Of a DNA stretch of 64,000 nt, positions 8,750-19,567 are shown piece by piece. The position numbers and the translations under genes were made by a program. The notes under the pieces are model-generated. The model saw only the letters and a list, made by a program, of their open reading frames with translations, searched no databases and was not told the DNA's origin. Each line of letters starts with the position of its first letter. The stretch's first letter is position 1. The stretch comes from an uncultured Nitrospira sp. (lineage in GTDB: Bacteria > Nitrospirota > Nitrospiria > Nitrospirales > Nitrospiraceae): positions 5,304 through 69,303 of the forward strand of contig CAYQDJ010000005.1 in assembly GCA_964416255.1 (NCBI GenBank). The letters run 5' to 3'.

Positions 8750-9655
8750 TCACCGCGCTCCTTTCTTCACAGTCCAGACCCGACGCGTCAGCAGGCTCAG
8801 CTTCTTCCGCGCAGCCGCCGGGATGCTGACCGGCGCCGTCACGATGGCATTGGTCAACGCCTGTTGACAGGCACACGCCGGCCATGCGTCCATCTCCGGC
8901 GCCAGCGCCGTGACGATGCGCTTGGCCATCTCGACATTGGCATGCAGCGTCGCAAGGATGGCTTCAACCGTCACGGCCTCTTCCGTGTCGTGCCAGCAAT
9001 CGTAGTCGGTCACCAGAGCCATGGTGGCGTAACAGAGCTCCGCTTCGCGGGCTAATTTGGCTTCGGGCATGTTGGTCATCCCGATGACGTCCACGCCCCA
9101 CTGTCGGTACAGACTCGATTCCGCTTTGGTCGAAAATTGCGGTCCTTCCATGCAGAGGTACGTCCCGCCTTGATGACACGTCGCTCCTACCCGACGAGCG
9201 GATGCGGCCAGCGCGTCGGCCAGGGTGGGACAGATCGGCTGGCCGAACGCGACGTGCGCCACGATGCCTCCCTCAAAAAAGGTGGAAGCCCGCCGTTTGG
9301 TCAGATCGATGAACTGGTCAGGCAACACCATCTGGCCGGGACGGATCGCTTCTTTCATGCTGCCGACCGCACTGACGGACAATACCCTGGTGACGCCCAG
9401 CGTCTTGAGCGCGTAAATATTCGCCCGATAGTTGATGTCTGTCGGATTCAGCCGATGCCCCCGCCCATGCCGCGAGAGAAACGCCACTCGGGCGCCCTCC
9501 AATGTGCCCAGCCGAATCGTGTCCGATGGGGCGCCAAACGGCGTACGGATCCGAATGTCGCGCGAATCTTTGAGCCCCTCGATCTCGTAGAGACCACTCC
9601 CGCCGATGACCCCCACGGACGCTCGGCTATTCCGCGCTAGGCGTGTCATCTGCAT
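8750..9655 (-). CDS. mtnP: S-methyl-5'-thioadenosine phosphorylase
   Basis: GVIGGSG, RHGRGH, MEGPQFSTKAES, IGMTNMPEAKLAREAE, VTDYDCW. Confidence 0.92.
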   Translation of the reverse strand: MQMTRLARNSRASVGVIGGSGLYEIEGLKDSRDIRIRTPFGAPSDTIRLGTLEGARVAFLSRHGRGHRLNPTDINYRANIYALKTLGVTRVLSVSAVGSMKEAIRPGQMVLPDQFIDLTKRRASTFFEGGIVAHVAFGQPICPTLADALAASARRVGATCHQGGTYLCMEGPQFSTKAESSLYRQWGVDVIGMTNMPEAKLAREAELCYATMALVTDYDCWHDTEEAVTVEAILATLHANVEMAKRIVTALAPEMDAWPACACQQALTNAIVTAPVSIPAAARKKLSLLTRRVWTVKKGAR

Positions 9656-10667
9656 AATCCTTTCTCACCATCTGTCGGGGCAGACCTGTGTGCGGGCCGT
9701 CCATCATCCGCTTCAGAAACCCCTCAATGCGTTCGAGCACTCGCTCTCTGGTGCGCGGAAGCGGGTCTCCTTCGTCGATCGTGATCCACTCAATGCCTGG
9801 TTCTTTGCGAAACCATGTCATCTGACGCTTTGCGAAATGCCGGGTATCGCGCTTGAACCGCCGGATCATTTCCGCAGCATCGTAGTCACCGGCCAGATAG
9901 GCGGACACATGGCGGTAGCCCAGCCCCGTCATGGCGCCCCGATGCCGGTCATATCCATGATCAAGCAGGGTCTGGGTTTCCGCGACCAGGCCATGCGCCA
10001 GTTGGCGATCGATGCGTTCTTCAATACGGCGGTACAGCGCCTCGCTGGAACACCTGAGTCCGAGCAGCAGCGGCGCGAACGTGGAATTCCGGAAGGCATG
10101 CCGTGCCTGCATGTCGGATATCGACTCTCCCGTCAGTCGATACACTTCCAGTGCGCGTACAACCTTGGCCTCATCGTGCGGATGTAACCGCGCGGCGGTG
10201 TCTCGATCAACCTGAACCAGTTCGGCATACAAACGGTCTCGCCCGTGGTCCCGACTGATCCGCATGAGATCGGCGCGGACCTTCGGGTTCGCCGGAGGAG
10301 CCGGACACAAGCCGCGCACCAACGCGCGGATGTAGAGCCCAGTCCCGCCCGCCACCAGCGGCATCCGCCCCTCCTCATAGAGCCGATCGATTTCGGCCAG
10401 CGCGGCGTGCCGATAGCACCCGGCATTGAACGGCTGATCGGGGTCCACCAGATCAATCAGGCGATGCGAAACCCCCTGGCGTTCCGCGACGGGCGGTTTA
10501 TCCGTCCCAATGTCCATCCCTCGATAGACCTGGCGCGAATCGGCGGCCAGCACAGGGGTGTCCAACACCTGGGCGACTTGAACCGCCAGGCGGCTCTTGC
10601 CGACCGCCGTCGGCCCCAGCAAGACGATCAATGGCCGCCGTTCGCACAGATGAGAGGAAAGCTTCAC
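9627..10667 (-). CDS. miaA: tRNA dimethylallyltransferase
   Basis: GPTAVGKS, ADSRQVYRGMDIGTDKP, GGTGLY, FAKRQMTWF, downstream of mutL. Confidence 0.95.
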   Translation of the reverse strand: MKLSSHLCERRPLIVLLGPTAVGKSRLAVQVAQVLDTPVLAADSRQVYRGMDIGTDKPPVAERQGVSHRLIDLVDPDQPFNAGCYRHAALAEIDRLYEEGRMPLVAGGTGLYIRALVRGLCPAPPANPKVRADLMRISRDHGRDRLYAELVQVDRDTAARLHPHDEAKVVRALEVYRLTGESISDMQARHAFRNSTFAPLLLGLRCSSEALYRRIEERIDRQLAHGLVAETQTLLDHGYDRHRGAMTGLGYRHVSAYLAGDYDAAEMIRRFKRDTRHFAKRQMTWFRKEPGIEWITIDEGDPLPRTRERVLERIEGFLKRMMDGPHTGLPRQMVRKDYADDTPSAE

Positions 10668-10691
10668 CGGGGGGTCCTTAGAGGGAACCGG

Positions 10692-12491
10692 TCACCAACC
10701 GGCTCGACCAAACATCCGTTCCAGATCCTGCGTACGCAACCGGAATACCGTGCGCCGTCCATGCGGACAGGTCGTGATCGCTCCTTCGGTGATCCAATCT
10801 TCAACGAGCGCCTTGATTTCCGCCAACTCCATGGAACGACCCGCTCGGACGGCTCCATGGCACGCTAAGGACGCCAGCACCGGCTGGACGCGCGACTCCA
10901 TCGTGGGCAGGCGGTCCCATTGTTCAAGATCATCGAGAAGATCCCAAAGAAAGCGATCAGGGTCAACGCTTCCGATGCCGAGAGGCACCGCTCGGATCAT
11001 GACCGTCGACGGACCGAATGGTTCCACGTCGAGCCCCAGCTGTTCCAAATCAAGACGATGGCGGCCGAGCAGGGCCGCTTGAGAGGCCGACACCTCCAGC
11101 GATCGAGGGATCAGCAACGCTTGGGACTGGATCCGGCGCGTCGTCCATGCCCGTGACAGGCGTTCGAACAGCACGCGCTCATGCACCGTGTGTTGATCGA
11201 GCACCGTCAGGTCTCCGCCGATCTCAACGATCAGGAACGTTCGATTCACTTGGCCCAACGCATGCACTTCCTTCGATGGAGCGCGCACGTAGGACTCTGC
11301 CGCCTCACTGACAAATGCCAATTGTGCCGTGTCACCCGTCGAACGCGCGGCCTCATTCAACGCAACGAGACTCTCTCCGGACGCGCCCTCTCCGGGAACA
11401 GGCATATCGCGCCAGGCCACGGATGTCCCACCGGGGCACGGTCCCGGCCCCGTCTTTGAAGCGACCGTTGCCACAGACGGCTGGCCCGCCATGCCCAATG
11501 CCTGACGGATGGCCCCTCGCACGAGTTGGTGGATCATGTCCTGGTCGGAAAATCTGACTTCCCGTTTCGCGGGATGGACATTGACGTCGACACGGTCGGC
11601 ATCCACCTGCAGAAACAACACGAAGGAGGGATGATGCCCTTTCGGCAAGAATGATCCATAGGCGTCCGTCACGGCGTGGAGCACCGTGCTGTTCCGCACC
11701 GGGCGCTGGTTCACAAACAACTCCTGCGGCGTTCTCGAGGTCGTCGCATGAACGGCATCGATCGTCCAGCCCCTCACCATGGCCATCGGCAACCCGCCGT
11801 CCACCGGCACGCAGCGATCCAGAAAGGTCGTCCGATACACTTGCCCGATTCGTTCTTGAAGGGTCGGCACCGACGGATAGTTCATCACGTCCTGCCCATT
11901 GTGCACCAGCCGAAAATGGACCGCGGGCCACGCCAATGCCGTCTGTTGGACCACCCGGCTGATGTGGGAAAACTCGGTCGCCGCCGACTTGAGAAACTTC
12001 TTTCGGGCCGGCTGGTTGTAAAACAGGTCGGCGACATCAATCCTGGTGCCCGCAATGGGCGGAGCCTCGGATGCGGGACCGATCACCCCGCCGGACACTT
12101 CCACCATGGTGCCGATTGTGGCTGTCGGCGGGGCCGTGAGCAGACGGACCGTGGAGACGGACGCGATACTGGGCAAAGCTTCCCCGCGAAACCCCATCGT
12201 CCGAAGCGCCCAGAGGTCGTGATCGGTACACAGTTTACTCGTGGCGTGCCGTTCGAATGCACGGGCGGCGTCCTCAGCGCACATCCCTTCCCCGTCGTCC
12301 GTGACCCGGATCAACGTCAGCCCGCCGTGCTTTACCTCGACGGTAATGGACCGGCTGCCCGCGTCCAAACTGTTTTCGACGAGTTCCTTGACGACGGCCG
12401 ACGGACGCTCGACAACCTCGCCCGCGGCAATCCGACTGACCACGTCACCCGGCAAGACGTGGATCTTCCCGCTGATGCCGCTCGTTAGCAC
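10692..12491 (-). CDS. mutL: DNA mismatch repair protein MutL with endonuclease-type C-terminus
   Basis: IAAGEVVERP, KELVENSLDAG, MGFRGEALPSI, DVNVHPAKREV, DQHTVHERVLFE, CPHGR. Confidence 0.95.
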   Translation of the reverse strand: MLTSGISGKIHVLPGDVVSRIAAGEVVERPSAVVKELVENSLDAGSRSITVEVKHGGLTLIRVTDDGEGMCAEDAARAFERHATSKLCTDHDLWALRTMGFRGEALPSIASVSTVRLLTAPPTATIGTMVEVSGGVIGPASEAPPIAGTRIDVADLFYNQPARKKFLKSAATEFSHISRVVQQTALAWPAVHFRLVHNGQDVMNYPSVPTLQERIGQVYRTTFLDRCVPVDGGLPMAMVRGWTIDAVHATTSRTPQELFVNQRPVRNSTVLHAVTDAYGSFLPKGHHPSFVLFLQVDADRVDVNVHPAKREVRFSDQDMIHQLVRGAIRQALGMAGQPSVATVASKTGPGPCPGGTSVAWRDMPVPGEGASGESLVALNEAARSTGDTAQLAFVSEAAESYVRAPSKEVHALGQVNRTFLIVEIGGDLTVLDQHTVHERVLFERLSRAWTTRRIQSQALLIPRSLEVSASQAALLGRHRLDLEQLGLDVEPFGPSTVMIRAVPLGIGSVDPDRFLWDLLDDLEQWDRLPTMESRVQPVLASLACHGAVRAGRSMELAEIKALVEDWITEGAITTCPHGRRTVFRLRTQDLERMFGRAGW

Positions 12492-12553
12492 TCCAAGAGC
12501 TCCTTACACGAAGCGGGAGAACACCGCGGGAGGACGCGAGGGTGCGGCACCAC

Positions 12554-13330
12554 TCACCGGATTTCCGCCAATTTGTTCTTGGCCAGTTTGGATTCGTCCG
12601 AGGTCGGAAATTCCTCGACCACGCGCTTGAAGTACTTGCGGGATTTCACGAGATCGCCGGTCTCGGCAGTGGCGAGGCCCAGCTTGTACAACGCCGCCGG
12701 CAATTTTTCATTGCCCGGATATTCCGCGACCAGATGTTCAAACGATTGAATCGCCCGTGAATAGTCCTTGAGATTGTAGTGGGACTCCCCGAGCCAATAT
12801 TGAGCGTTCGAGGTCAATGAGGTGCCGGGAAAGTCCTTCACAAACCGCTGAAAGCCCGACACAGCCAAGTCGTATTTTCCATTGAGATAATCATTGTACG
12901 CCAAATTGAATGCGGAGGTCGGCGTGATGCCCGGCACGCCCGGTACAATCGTCATGCCCTCGGCCGGCGTCGACCTGTTCGGCCTGGCGGCACGGGGCTC
13001 GGAAGGAGCCATATCGAACCTGGCCGACGGCTGTCCCATGCCCTCTTCCAGTTTAGCCAAGCGGGTCTCGAGTTTTTGAAGCCGGGAGGTCAACTCCTCA
13101 TACCGTGGCTTGCCCGGCTCCCCGTCCTTGGCCCGTTCCACCGACTCCAACCGTCGCACCACCGCATCCACCCGTTGATGATCCTGGTCTTGGGAGCGGG
13201 CGATCGTCGTAAGCTGATCGCGGACCTCCACGAAGTCGGCATGTTTGGCGCACCCGCTGAGCAGGACCAACGGGACGACGGCCCCGACGGTGATGCCTAC
13301 CCAGAGAGGACACTCACGCATGGGGGTCAC
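12554..13330 (-). CDS. cpoB: Tol-Pal system lipoprotein CpoB/YbgF
   Basis: Lipobox LSGC, short coiled coil, TPR motifs AQYWLGE and ALYKLG, last gene of the tol-pal operon. Confidence 0.8.
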   Translation of the reverse strand: MTPMRECPLWVGITVGAVVPLVLLSGCAKHADFVEVRDQLTTIARSQDQDHQRVDAVVRRLESVERAKDGEPGKPRYEELTSRLQKLETRLAKLEEGMGQPSARFDMAPSEPRAARPNRSTPAEGMTIVPGVPGITPTSAFNLAYNDYLNGKYDLAVSGFQRFVKDFPGTSLTSNAQYWLGESHYNLKDYSRAIQSFEHLVAEYPGNEKLPAALYKLGLATAETGDLVKSRKYFKRVVEEFPTSDESKLAKNKLAEIR

Positions 13331-14892
13331 CGGCCCTCCTTTAACTGCGCGAGCTTGTCTGACGCTTTCCCGGCCTCGGGACTCCGGGGGTAGAGCGTGA
13401 CAACCTGTTTAAAGGCGGAGGACGCACGCTTTCTGTCTTTCAGGGCAAGGTAGGCATACCCTTTTTTGAGAATGGCCGCAGGGACCTTCTCGCTCCCGGG
13501 ATAATCCAGTTCGACCTTATCGTAGGCGTCTATGGCTTTCCGAAAGTCTTTCTGTCCATAGTAAGCCTCTCCGAGCCAATATCGCGCGTTGGGCGCCAGA
13601 TCAGAATTGGGGTATTCCGACAAGAATGCGGAAAACCCATGCCGTGCACCTTCTAGGTCGCCGTCGCGGAAGAGCGCAAGGACCCGTTCGTACCGATGCT
13701 TGTCTGCACGTTCGCCGGAGTGCGACGACTCGACGACCGCCATCTCCGAAGGAGCCGGGATGGAAGCCACGGGGCCCGGGGCCGCGTACGCGTTGCCCGA
13801 CCCGGATTGCGCTGAAACACTGGCGTTCGAATGCTGAAGGGGCGGCTCCTTCGCAGGTTCTTCGGTCACGACCATTGAGCTTCGGTGAGCCTGTTGGGGC
13901 ACCGGCTGCTGCTGCCCCACTTTGTGGTCGAGTTGCTCCACGGACTTGCCCAACGAGTCGATGCGGCGTTCCTGCTCGTCAAACCGGGCCGCCACCTTCT
14001 GCGCGAGGCCATCGATCTGCCGGTCCTGTTCATCAAAGCGAGTCGTCACCTTCTGTCCAAGCACTTCCACTGCCTTTGCGACCGAGGTGACGCTCCGATT
14101 CACGTCGGTCCCATGGCTGGAGGCCGCCTTGGCGTCCGCCTCCATTCGCCCGGCCAATGTTTTGGATTGTTGCTCTTCCTGCGCCATGCGTTCGTTTAAG
14201 GTCGTCAACGCTTCCCGGAAGCCCGTCAGCGCCTGATTGAATTGAGCGAACTTCTGCGAAACCTGCTCGATCCGGTGCTGGTTTTCGACGGCTCCCTTCT
14301 GCTGCTCGTCGAACTTTTGATCGACCCGCTTTGCCAAACCATCGTTGGTACGCTGCACAACCTCGGCGATATCCCGTTTCAGCGCTCCCATGGCGCCTTC
14401 CATCGCTTTCGTCAACTCGTCCAGCCGGGCGGCGACTTTCGCGTCCTGCGTCTCAAAACTCCGTTGGACCCAGGCATACCGCGTCGTGCTATCTGTCTCC
14501 ATTTTGGCCGCCAACTGCTCCAATTTTTTCGTTTGTTGTTCGACCTGGGCCGACCGGTGCTTTAAATCCTCCTGTTTCGCCTGCAGCTCCTGCGCTTGAT
14601 GCAGCGCTTTTTCAAGATCCCCTCGCAACCGAGGCAATTCCTGCTCGCGCAAGGTAGTAATCTCCTGACTCTGCCTGGCACGGGTCTGGGCCAGCTCATC
14701 GCTGGACTGCTTGATACGCTGCTGGAGCGTCTTCTCGGTCTGTTTGAGATCCGCTTGCTGCGCGACACACCCCGACAGCAGCGTCACCATCAGCGCCAGG
14801 ACAACAACCACAAGGCACCTCGCTTGTTGATGAATGTTGCGCCTACGTCGCGGACCCTCCGGCGGACGGCTTACCCGCCGCCCGCGTTCCAC
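13327..14892 (-). CDS. Second CpoB/YbgF-like lipoprotein with a very long coiled coil
   Basis: LLSGC, about 300 aa of heptad-rich sequence, C-terminal APNARYWLGEAYY...KVPAAILKKG. Confidence 0.8.
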   Translation of the reverse strand: MERGRRVSRPPEGPRRRRNIHQQARCLVVVVLALMVTLLSGCVAQQADLKQTEKTLQQRIKQSSDELAQTRARQSQEITTLREQELPRLRGDLEKALHQAQELQAKQEDLKHRSAQVEQQTKKLEQLAAKMETDSTTRYAWVQRSFETQDAKVAARLDELTKAMEGAMGALKRDIAEVVQRTNDGLAKRVDQKFDEQQKGAVENQHRIEQVSQKFAQFNQALTGFREALTTLNERMAQEEQQSKTLAGRMEADAKAASSHGTDVNRSVTSVAKAVEVLGQKVTTRFDEQDRQIDGLAQKVAARFDEQERRIDSLGKSVEQLDHKVGQQQPVPQQAHRSSMVVTEEPAKEPPLQHSNASVSAQSGSGNAYAAPGPVASIPAPSEMAVVESSHSGERADKHRYERVLALFRDGDLEGARHGFSAFLSEYPNSDLAPNARYWLGEAYYGQKDFRKAIDAYDKVELDYPGSEKVPAAILKKGYAYLALKDRKRASSAFKQVVTLYPRSPEAGKASDKLAQLKEGR

Positions 14893-14919
14893 TGCCGGGG
14901 CCGACGACCGACTCGACGG

Positions 14920-15636
14920 TTACTTGTCCGCCCGGACGACCACATGACCACGGCGATTTTGGGCGTAACACGCTTCCGCGTGCTCCCTGCAAAACGGCCG
15001 TTCTTTCCCGTAGGACACGATCGCTAACCGATTCACGGCCACGCCGAGTTCCACCAGGAAGTTGCGAACGGCTTTCGCGCGCTTTTCGCCCAGGACCAGA
15101 TTGTACGCCGAGGTCCCGCGCTCATCACAATGACCTTCGATCTTCACCTGCGCCCCGGGATTGGCCCGAATCCACTCCACATTCCGGGCCAACGCCTGGC
15201 GGCCTTCGTCCGAAATCGCAAAGCTGTCGTAGGCGAAGAAGACATCCCGAAGTCCGGCCATCGCAGAGGCCGTTTGCTCCGCTCGAATCTCTTCGACCTG
15301 CCGGCCGGGATTGCCTGGGTCGGCTTTGGCCATCAGCACACCCGGGCCGACTCGTTCTTCGGACGGATTCTTGTTCAAACCCTGCAGGTCGTCGGCCGCC
15401 GTGTCCCGGGTGGACAAGGAGGTCTCCGGGAAGTTGGGACTCGCCATCACTTTGTTGCTCCCTTGGCTCGAACTCGCGCTCATCCCGCCGCTACTATCCT
15501 TACCCTTGACCAGGACATGCTGGGAAGCCTGCGTGTCACCGCCGGACTGGACGGACTTCTTGGAACAGCCGGGCACCCCAACCACTAATAACCCTACCAT
15601 CGCGGGCACACAGATTGTTGAACGTAACTTCTTCAT
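14920..15636 (-). CDS. pal: Peptidoglycan-associated lipoprotein Pal
   Basis: Lipobox VPGC, OmpA domain IEGHCDERGTSAYNLVLGEKRA and NRR. Confidence 0.93.
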   Translation of the reverse strand: MKKLRSTICVPAMVGLLVVGVPGCSKKSVQSGGDTQASQHVLVKGKDSSGGMSASSSQGSNKVMASPNFPETSLSTRDTAADDLQGLNKNPSEERVGPGVLMAKADPGNPGRQVEEIRAEQTASAMAGLRDVFFAYDSFAISDEGRQALARNVEWIRANPGAQVKIEGHCDERGTSAYNLVLGEKRAKAVRNFLVELGVAVNRLAIVSYGKERPFCREHAEACYAQNRRGHVVVRADK

Positions 15637-15707
15637 ATCGTCCATCCTCCCTTCAGATGTCATCTACTCCCTACCGCCGACCGCGCGCCGACCAGCCCCT
15701 CCTGGGC

Positions 15708-17036
15708 TCAGAGGGCCGGCGACCACGTTGGGGCACTGTTATGCGTACCGGTGAAGGTAAGCCGCTCCAAATCCTTGCCGTCCGCATTGATCATATAGAT
15801 TTGGCTTTTCCCGTCCGCTGTCGAGCTAAATACCAGGTGCCGGCCATCCGGCGACCAGGAGGGAGAATCATCCACTCCCGGTCCGGTCGTCAACTGGACA
15901 CGTTTTTGCCCGTCCGGCGTGATCAAACAGAGCTTGTATTCTTTCTTCGGCGTCCGGCAGACATACGAAATCCAATTCCCTCGCGGAGACCAGGCCGGAG
16001 CCGCGTTATATTCCCCTTCGAAGGTCAACCGGCGAACATTGGACCCGTCCGCGCTCATTAGAAAGATTTGCGGACCTCCGCTACGGTCCGACGCGAAGGC
16101 AAGTTCGCGGCCGGAAGGAGACCACGAGGGAGAGAGGTCTCCAGAGGCGTTGACCGTCAAGCGCTGCAGGGATTTTGTTCGTGTATCCAGCCGGTATAGT
16201 TCGGAATTGCCTTCATGACTTGACGCAAAGGCCAGGAAGTTGCCATCCGGGGAAAGGGCCGGCGTGATATTCAACCCGCCCAACGACACAATCGTCCACC
16301 GCTTCCCTGTCGCCAACTCGATCATGTCGATATCCTGCGTGTTCCGGTTCCGGTAGGCCGTGAACACGAGAAACCGCCGATCGGGGGACCACCGCGGCAT
16401 AAGATTGAGAAAGCCGTCTGACGTAAGTTGTCGGGCATCATAGCCGTCGTAATCCATGACGAACAGTTCACGGGCCGATCCCAGCTCGGCCACATAGGCG
16501 ACTTTGGTCCTGGCAATGCCCGGTTCTCCGGTATACCGAAACACGAGTTCGTCGGCGAATCGATGGGCCATCAGCCTGACCACGGAGGACGATCCGACGT
16601 AACGTTTGCCTCCGACGACTTCATCGCTTCCGGCATCATAGACGTAGCCATCCATGTGGACATCCGCGTCCTTTTCACGTTCGCCGCTTTTCATGCCGGC
16701 CCTGCCCCAGACAATGACCGAGACGCCATGCTCGGCCGCCTGCCTGAAACTCGGATCCGGTCCGGCCCCCAAGTCGCTGACTTTGATCCCGACGCTCGGC
16801 AGATCCACCAGAGAGAACACCAAGGACCGGCGCACGTCTGCCTTGAGCACTTCTTCGATGCGTCCTCCCAACCAGTCCGGTCCGCCGGTGTTGCGGATGC
16901 CGGCGACGCCTAAGGGAATTTTCTGAAAATCCGGCCTCGTGGCTTCAAGAAACACATCGGCCGCACCAGATTCGAGAATCCAGAGGAGCCCGAGTGCGGC
17001 ACACAGGCTCGTCAACATGGTGGTCCGGACACTCAT
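15708..17036 (-). CDS. tolB: TolB
   Basis: AHRFADE, PD40 beta-propeller repeats (P.WSPDG). Confidence 0.93.
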   Translation of the reverse strand: MSVRTTMLTSLCAALGLLWILESGAADVFLEATRPDFQKIPLGVAGIRNTGGPDWLGGRIEEVLKADVRRSLVFSLVDLPSVGIKVSDLGAGPDPSFRQAAEHGVSVIVWGRAGMKSGEREKDADVHMDGYVYDAGSDEVVGGKRYVGSSSVVRLMAHRFADELVFRYTGEPGIARTKVAYVAELGSARELFVMDYDGYDARQLTSDGFLNLMPRWSPDRRFLVFTAYRNRNTQDIDMIELATGKRWTIVSLGGLNITPALSPDGNFLAFASSHEGNSELYRLDTRTKSLQRLTVNASGDLSPSWSPSGRELAFASDRSGGPQIFLMSADGSNVRRLTFEGEYNAAPAWSPRGNWISYVCRTPKKEYKLCLITPDGQKRVQLTTGPGVDDSPSWSPDGRHLVFSSTADGKSQIYMINADGKDLERLTFTGTHNSAPTWSPAL

Positions 17037-17039
17037 GCG

Positions 17040-18149
17040 TTACCCCTGGGGCTGGTCGCCGACCGTGAACGTAAAATGGGCATCAAAGTAGGGATCCGTG
17101 AGCTCGGATGGAAACGCCGGCAAGGGAATCGCACTGACCACCGCGCGTTTCCCGGCCAGATCGTAATACTCGTTGCCGGACGATTGTTCGATGACGACCC
17201 CGCTCACCGTACCGTTCCTGTGGAGCCGGAACTTGATGATGACCAAATAGGTCTGTCCCGTCACGTCGACCGGTGGCGCGTTCCAGAAGCTGCTGATCCG
17301 TTGACGCACGCGCCCAAGATAGGCATTGGATCCCGGTGCCATACCGGGCACCTTTAATGCGGTATCCACCGCCTTCACGCTCGGGATCTTGGCCTCCATT
17401 GGCGGTGGGGCCGGTGGCTTTTCGGGCATGGCCAGCGGAGCGGTCTTAGGTAACTCGACCTGCTTGATCTTCTTGAACTCTTCGTCCACCTCTTTGGTCA
17501 TTTCGTCGGCGAATGACGGGCGCGGCTTGACATCAGGCGGGTGAGCTGCGGGATCTTGTATGTCGGGGACGACGGGGACATCCGGCAATTTGAGGTGCGC
17601 TTTCTTGGGTCTGTCAGCCGGGGCAAAATCGCCGACCTTCGGCGCATCGGGCGGTAATTGAATCCCCTTCATGACATCGCGCATCAGGTCGTCCCTGAGC
17701 TTCGCCGGAGCGGGCGGGGCCGGGACGGGAGCCGCCTTCTTCACCGGAACAGGCACCGGCACGGGAACCGCGGCAGGAACGGGGGCAGGGACAGGAGTCG
17801 GCACAGGAACAGGAGTCGCCACACGAGCAGGCGTCGGCACAGAAGCAGGGGTCAATGAAGGAGCAGACTTCACCGGAGCGGGCTTGGGCGTCTCAGCCAC
17901 TTTGGGCTTAGCCTTGGGAGGCTCGATCGTCCGAATCGGCGGAGTAGGCAGGTGCGCAAGCGACACTTCCATCGAAGCCAGCGGTCGTTCACCGAGATGC
18001 GGCAGCCGAACAAACGCCGCCACGATCAGCAGTCCCACATGGAGCGCCAAGGACAGTGCCAGAGTCGATCCGAGCCGGCGCCCCCCCTGAGCCTCCCATT
18101 CATTCCCCCACCACCCATCGGCCGCCCCCGAAGCCTGCATCACGGTCAC
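17040..18149 (-). CDS. TolA/TonB-family energy transducer
   Basis: TM anchor SLALHVG, Pro-rich linker, C-terminal domain ..SSGNEYYD...RAV.SA.PLP.FP, position between tolR and tolB. Confidence 0.85.
   Translation of the reverse strand: MTVMQASGAADGWWGNEWEAQGGRRLGSTLALSLALHVGLLIVAAFVRLPHLGERPLASMEVSLAHLPTPPIRTIEPPKAKPKVAETPKPAPVKSAPSLTPASVPTPARVATPVPVPTPVPAPVPAAVPVPVPVPVKKAAPVPAPPAPAKLRDDLMRDVMKGIQLPPDAPKVGDFAPADRPKKAHLKLPDVPVVPDIQDPAAHPPDVKPRPSFADEMTKEVDEEFKKIKQVELPKTAPLAMPEKPPAPPPMEAKIPSVKAVDTALKVPGMAPGSNAYLGRVRQRISSFWNAPPVDVTGQTYLVIIKFRLHRNGTVSGVVIEQSSGNEYYDLAGKRAVVSAIPLPAFPSELTDPYFDAHFTFTVGDQPQG
17710..17850 (-). repeat. Low-complexity Pro-Val/Pro-Ala coding repeats in the TolA linker
   Basis: PTPARVATPVPVPTPVPAPVPAAVPVPVPVPVKKAAPVPAPPAPA. 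Confidence 0.7.
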
Positions 18150-18158
18150 ACACGCTCC

Positions 18159-18602
18159 TCATTTCTTGTGTCGAACAGGCACCGTCTCGGACACGCGCTC
18201 CGGGCCGGTCGGATCGGTCACCATGCCCAATTTCTCGATCCCGGCCTTTTTCACCCCGTCCATCACCTGCACAACCACGCCGTAGGGAACCTCGCGGTCC
18301 GCCCGCAAGTACAGCGACACGTCGGCATGTTCTTCCTTGAGCACCCGCAGTTTTCGTTCGAGCTGGACAAGACTGACGTGATCCTTGTCAAGATACAGAC
18401 GCTGGTCTTTTTCAATGGTCAACACCGCGCGCAGCTCGGGTTTGATCGTGTTCGACGCGGAGGTCGGCAGCTTAATGTCCATGCCGCGATACAGCATGGG
18501 AGCGGTGACCATAAAGATCACCAGCAGTACAAGCACCACATCGACCAACGGAATCACGTTAATCTCCGCCAGAAAGCGGCGTTGCCGACTCTCCAAAATC
18601 AT
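18159..18602 (-). CDS. tolR: TolR/ExbD
   Basis: [31 protein letters not shown]. Confidence 0.9.
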   Translation of the reverse strand: MILESRQRRFLAEINVIPLVDVVLVLLVIFMVTAPMLYRGMDIKLPTSASNTIKPELRAVLTIEKDQRLYLDKDHVSLVQLERKLRVLKEEHADVSLYLRADREVPYGVVVQVMDGVKKAGIEKLGMVTDPTGPERVSETVPVRHKK

Positions 18603-19294
18603 GCTTTGACTCCTACCGGAAGCGGCTTGGTCTTGGCGGGCAACATCGTAAGGAGCTCCACGACCACAGCGTCCATGCGAAACGCCGTCCGCCGAATGCG
18701 AGTCAGGAAATAGTTATAGGCAATCACCGCCGGGATCGCAGCAAACAGTCCGGCGGCCGTGGCCACGAGCGCCTCTGACACACCAGGAGCGACAGCCGCG
18801 ATGCTAGCTGTGCCTTGCGTCCCGATCTCTCGGAAGGAGTCAATAATACCCATGACCGTCCCCAGCAATCCAATAAAGGGACTGATGTTCCCGGTGGTGG
18901 CCAAAAACGGGAGCAACGACTCTAGTTTGGCGATTTGCCCTTGAGCCAGGTGGGCTGCCGTTCGCTCGATCACTTGGCGATCAAAGGTGGTTTTCATCAG
19001 CCCATCCTGCGGCTCCCACCCATCCCGTCCAAGACGATCGATGACCCCATGAAACATCCTTGCGCAAGGACTCGCCGTTGCCCGATAGGCATGCCGGGCC
19101 ACTTCGTCGACTTCTTTCGCCTTGGACAAGACCGCCATGAATCGGTGATCTTCCGTATCAGCTGAACGAAAACTCACGAACTTAAAGAGGATAATGGCCC
19201 AAGAAATCACGGAAAAGCAGAACAACACCACCAACACCACCTTCGAGACCAGCCCGAGAGAACTCAGCAGTCCGATGGGACCAGTTTGAAACAT
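18599..19294 (-). CDS. tolQ: TolQ
   Basis: [38 protein letters not shown]. Confidence 0.93.
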   Translation of the reverse strand: MFQTGPIGLLSSLGLVSKVVLVVLFCFSVISWAIILFKFVSFRSADTEDHRFMAVLSKAKEVDEVARHAYRATASPCARMFHGVIDRLGRDGWEPQDGLMKTTFDRQVIERTAAHLAQGQIAKLESLLPFLATTGNISPFIGLLGTVMGIIDSFREIGTQGTASIAAVAPGVSEALVATAAGLFAAIPAVIAYNYFLTRIRRTAFRMDAVVVELLTMLPAKTKPLPVGVKA

Positions 19295-19368
19295 ACAGGC
19301 CTAGCCTCTCCCTCCTTGATTCCTGGCGCGCTGCATCGTGAATGGAGTGTACCAAACACTGGGGAAAA

Positions 19369-19446
19369 TGGCGGGGCCGACGGGATTTGAACCCGCGACC
19401 TCCAGATTGACAATCTGGCGTCCTAACCAGGCTGAACGACGGCCCC
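19369..19446 (-). tRNA. tRNA-Asp(GUC)
   Basis: GGGGCCGTCGTTCAGCCTGGTTAGGACGCCAGATTGTCAATCTGGAGGTCGCGGGTTCAAATCCCGTCGGCCCCGCCA: cloverleaf, anticodon GTC, encoded CCA. Confidence 0.96.
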
Positions 19447-19567
19447 TCAGAACTCTACGTATGGCGGAAGATTGAAACGACAAGACAGTATATGGAGGTC
19501 GGTCTTGGCCCCGACCGATTACGTGATCTTGTGCCGGTCTCAAACCTGTCTGCGTACCAACAACTGA

